A DNA stretch of 62,416 nt, the filler included, from Hausera hauseri (lineage: Eukaryota), in assembly GCA_046269625.1 (NCBI GenBank). It is 13 parts of 13 records of this genome, joined end to end, with 100 filler letters (N's around TTAATTAATTAA, not from the genome) between each part and the next. Parts side by side here need not be neighbours in the genome. Positions count along the whole stretch, not along the records: positions 58,233 to 62,416 come from JBJURY010714659.1; 12 more parts are not named here. The stretch is one strand, 5' to 3'. The notes beneath the pieces are model-generated. The model was not told the origin of the DNA and searched no databases. It worked only from the letters and a program-made list of their open reading frames with translations. The translations under genes were made by a program, and so were the position numbers. The number at the start of each line of letters is the position of its first letter. The stretch's first letter is position 1. Positions 61,301 through 62,416 of this stretch are shown here, piece after piece.

Positions 61301-62370
61301 TATATTATGTCACTCGGTTTTGTATGATAAAGCCGAAGGTGACAATTTTTATAATTCGCCATTCACTATCCTTTTCGATATAATTGGCGATTTCCTCTTC
61401 GAGCTTTTCGCCTACGTCGGCAATAAAATCGTTGGAATACGGTTCGGCTTGATGTGATAGGTACCATTGTTTTCTGTCATCTTCCAAATTTTCAAATTCT
61501 ACCCGTGCATAATATTGCACTTTGCAGTTATGTTGGAATTTCTTCACTTCGGATTCCAACCGGTGGCGCACACTGGACAGTACATGTCTCCATTGCGTTG
61601 TTGTTATTTTCGCCATGTTCGCTTTTATGCCCACGAACGATCTGTTCAGATCATACTTGACCGTAATAATGGGAATATTGGTTTCCTGTTGCCCCTATTC
61701 TTGTTGTTGTTGATGATGATGCTATTCCTGCTTCTCCTATTGCTGCTGATGCTCGGTACTGTTTCTGACTAAGTCGTCAAGACTTGTTGAGGCCTGACGT
61801 TTCCCACTGGTTGTTGAGGGGATGCTACTGTTGCTCCTGCTTTTAGTTGAGTCCATAAATAGTTGTTTTTTAGACCGCTTAAACTGGTCTAAGTAGTACT
61901 TGTTCTGGTTATAAAATTGTTCATAGTTGATTTCAACAACTATTGAACAACTGGGACAAACGTAGGCCCATTTACTGTGCAGCGTTGTGGTGCAATAGTA
62001 CTGCTCCATTGTACAATAAAAACCATTAACGTTATGCACTTTATTATTGCATTAGTATGAATATGTGGAGCAATGCTCAACCATCATCTTAGACTGAGTA
62101 AACGATCCAAGATGATGCTTGTGCACCTCATAAAAAGTAGGCGTACGGGCCTTGGAAAGAAACATCACACGTTGGACACATACGTGTCCGTGCCAATTGT
62201 GCAATATTTCGCCATCTCTTGATGGCGCTGGTCCTCCACATGTATGCGCAAGACGCAAATCATGGGATATTGCTTACATTTCTAAATTTAAACAAATTAA
62301 AGTAAATGTTAACTTTAAAATGAAAACAATAAATACAATTATGAATAATATAATATATTGATATACACTA
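58320..62370 (-). pseudogene. polB: Polinton pPolB, lineage B, copy B2
   Basis: VVNVKNINDEYCFLYSIL, DHFTGRYLGAAC, VVFHNFRGYDCHHI, YIDINNLY, NNSLYEKTVEN, GGTDS; colinear with B1. Confidence 0.95.
62282..62368 (-). other. 87-nt intron at the same site in polB B2 (ATG eroded)
   Basis: TTA|GTGTAT...TTTAG|AAA TGT AAG CAA TAT (KCKQYPMICVLRIH); same donor hexamer and acceptor context as B1. Confidence 0.65.
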
Positions 62371-62416
62371 AAGGTAATATGAAACATATTTCTTTTACGC
62401 AGTATAAACATATCAG

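Overview
This window is not contiguous. It is 13 AT-rich eukaryotic contigs of about 4-5.7 kb joined by an artificial 100-nt linker (44 N + TTAATTAATTAA + 44 N), so adjacency across linkers means nothing. Robo-like and HELQ-like pseudogenes point to a metazoan host. Most of the sequence is decayed mobile DNA. (1) Endogenous Polinton/Maverick (adintovirus-like) elements: four protein-primed PolB copies in two lineages, two copies of an integrase / QxGG-F protein / A32-like ATPase module, and two minor-capsid-like fragments. Their accessory genes are a TBP-like protein, dUTPase, a Cys/His-tailed DxE nuclease-like gene and a RING remnant. (2) At least three LTR-type retroelement families: a CHCC-Gag Ty3/gypsy family in four pieces with a conserved -1 slippery site, a gypsy element with an env-like ORF, and a separate RT-RNase H fragment. 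(3) A DD37E Tc1/mariner transposase, a tRNA-derived SINE and hairpin-rich repeats. The most notable candidate system is a Polinton-like virus apparently built for nuclear Pol II transcription and splicing. It carries a TBP-like gene and compact TATA promoters. Its polB has an intron right after the start-codon position in all four copies, followed by a duplicated Cys/His domain, and one accessory gene shows intron presence/absence between copies. All family assignments come from manual translation and remembered motifs; no searches were run.
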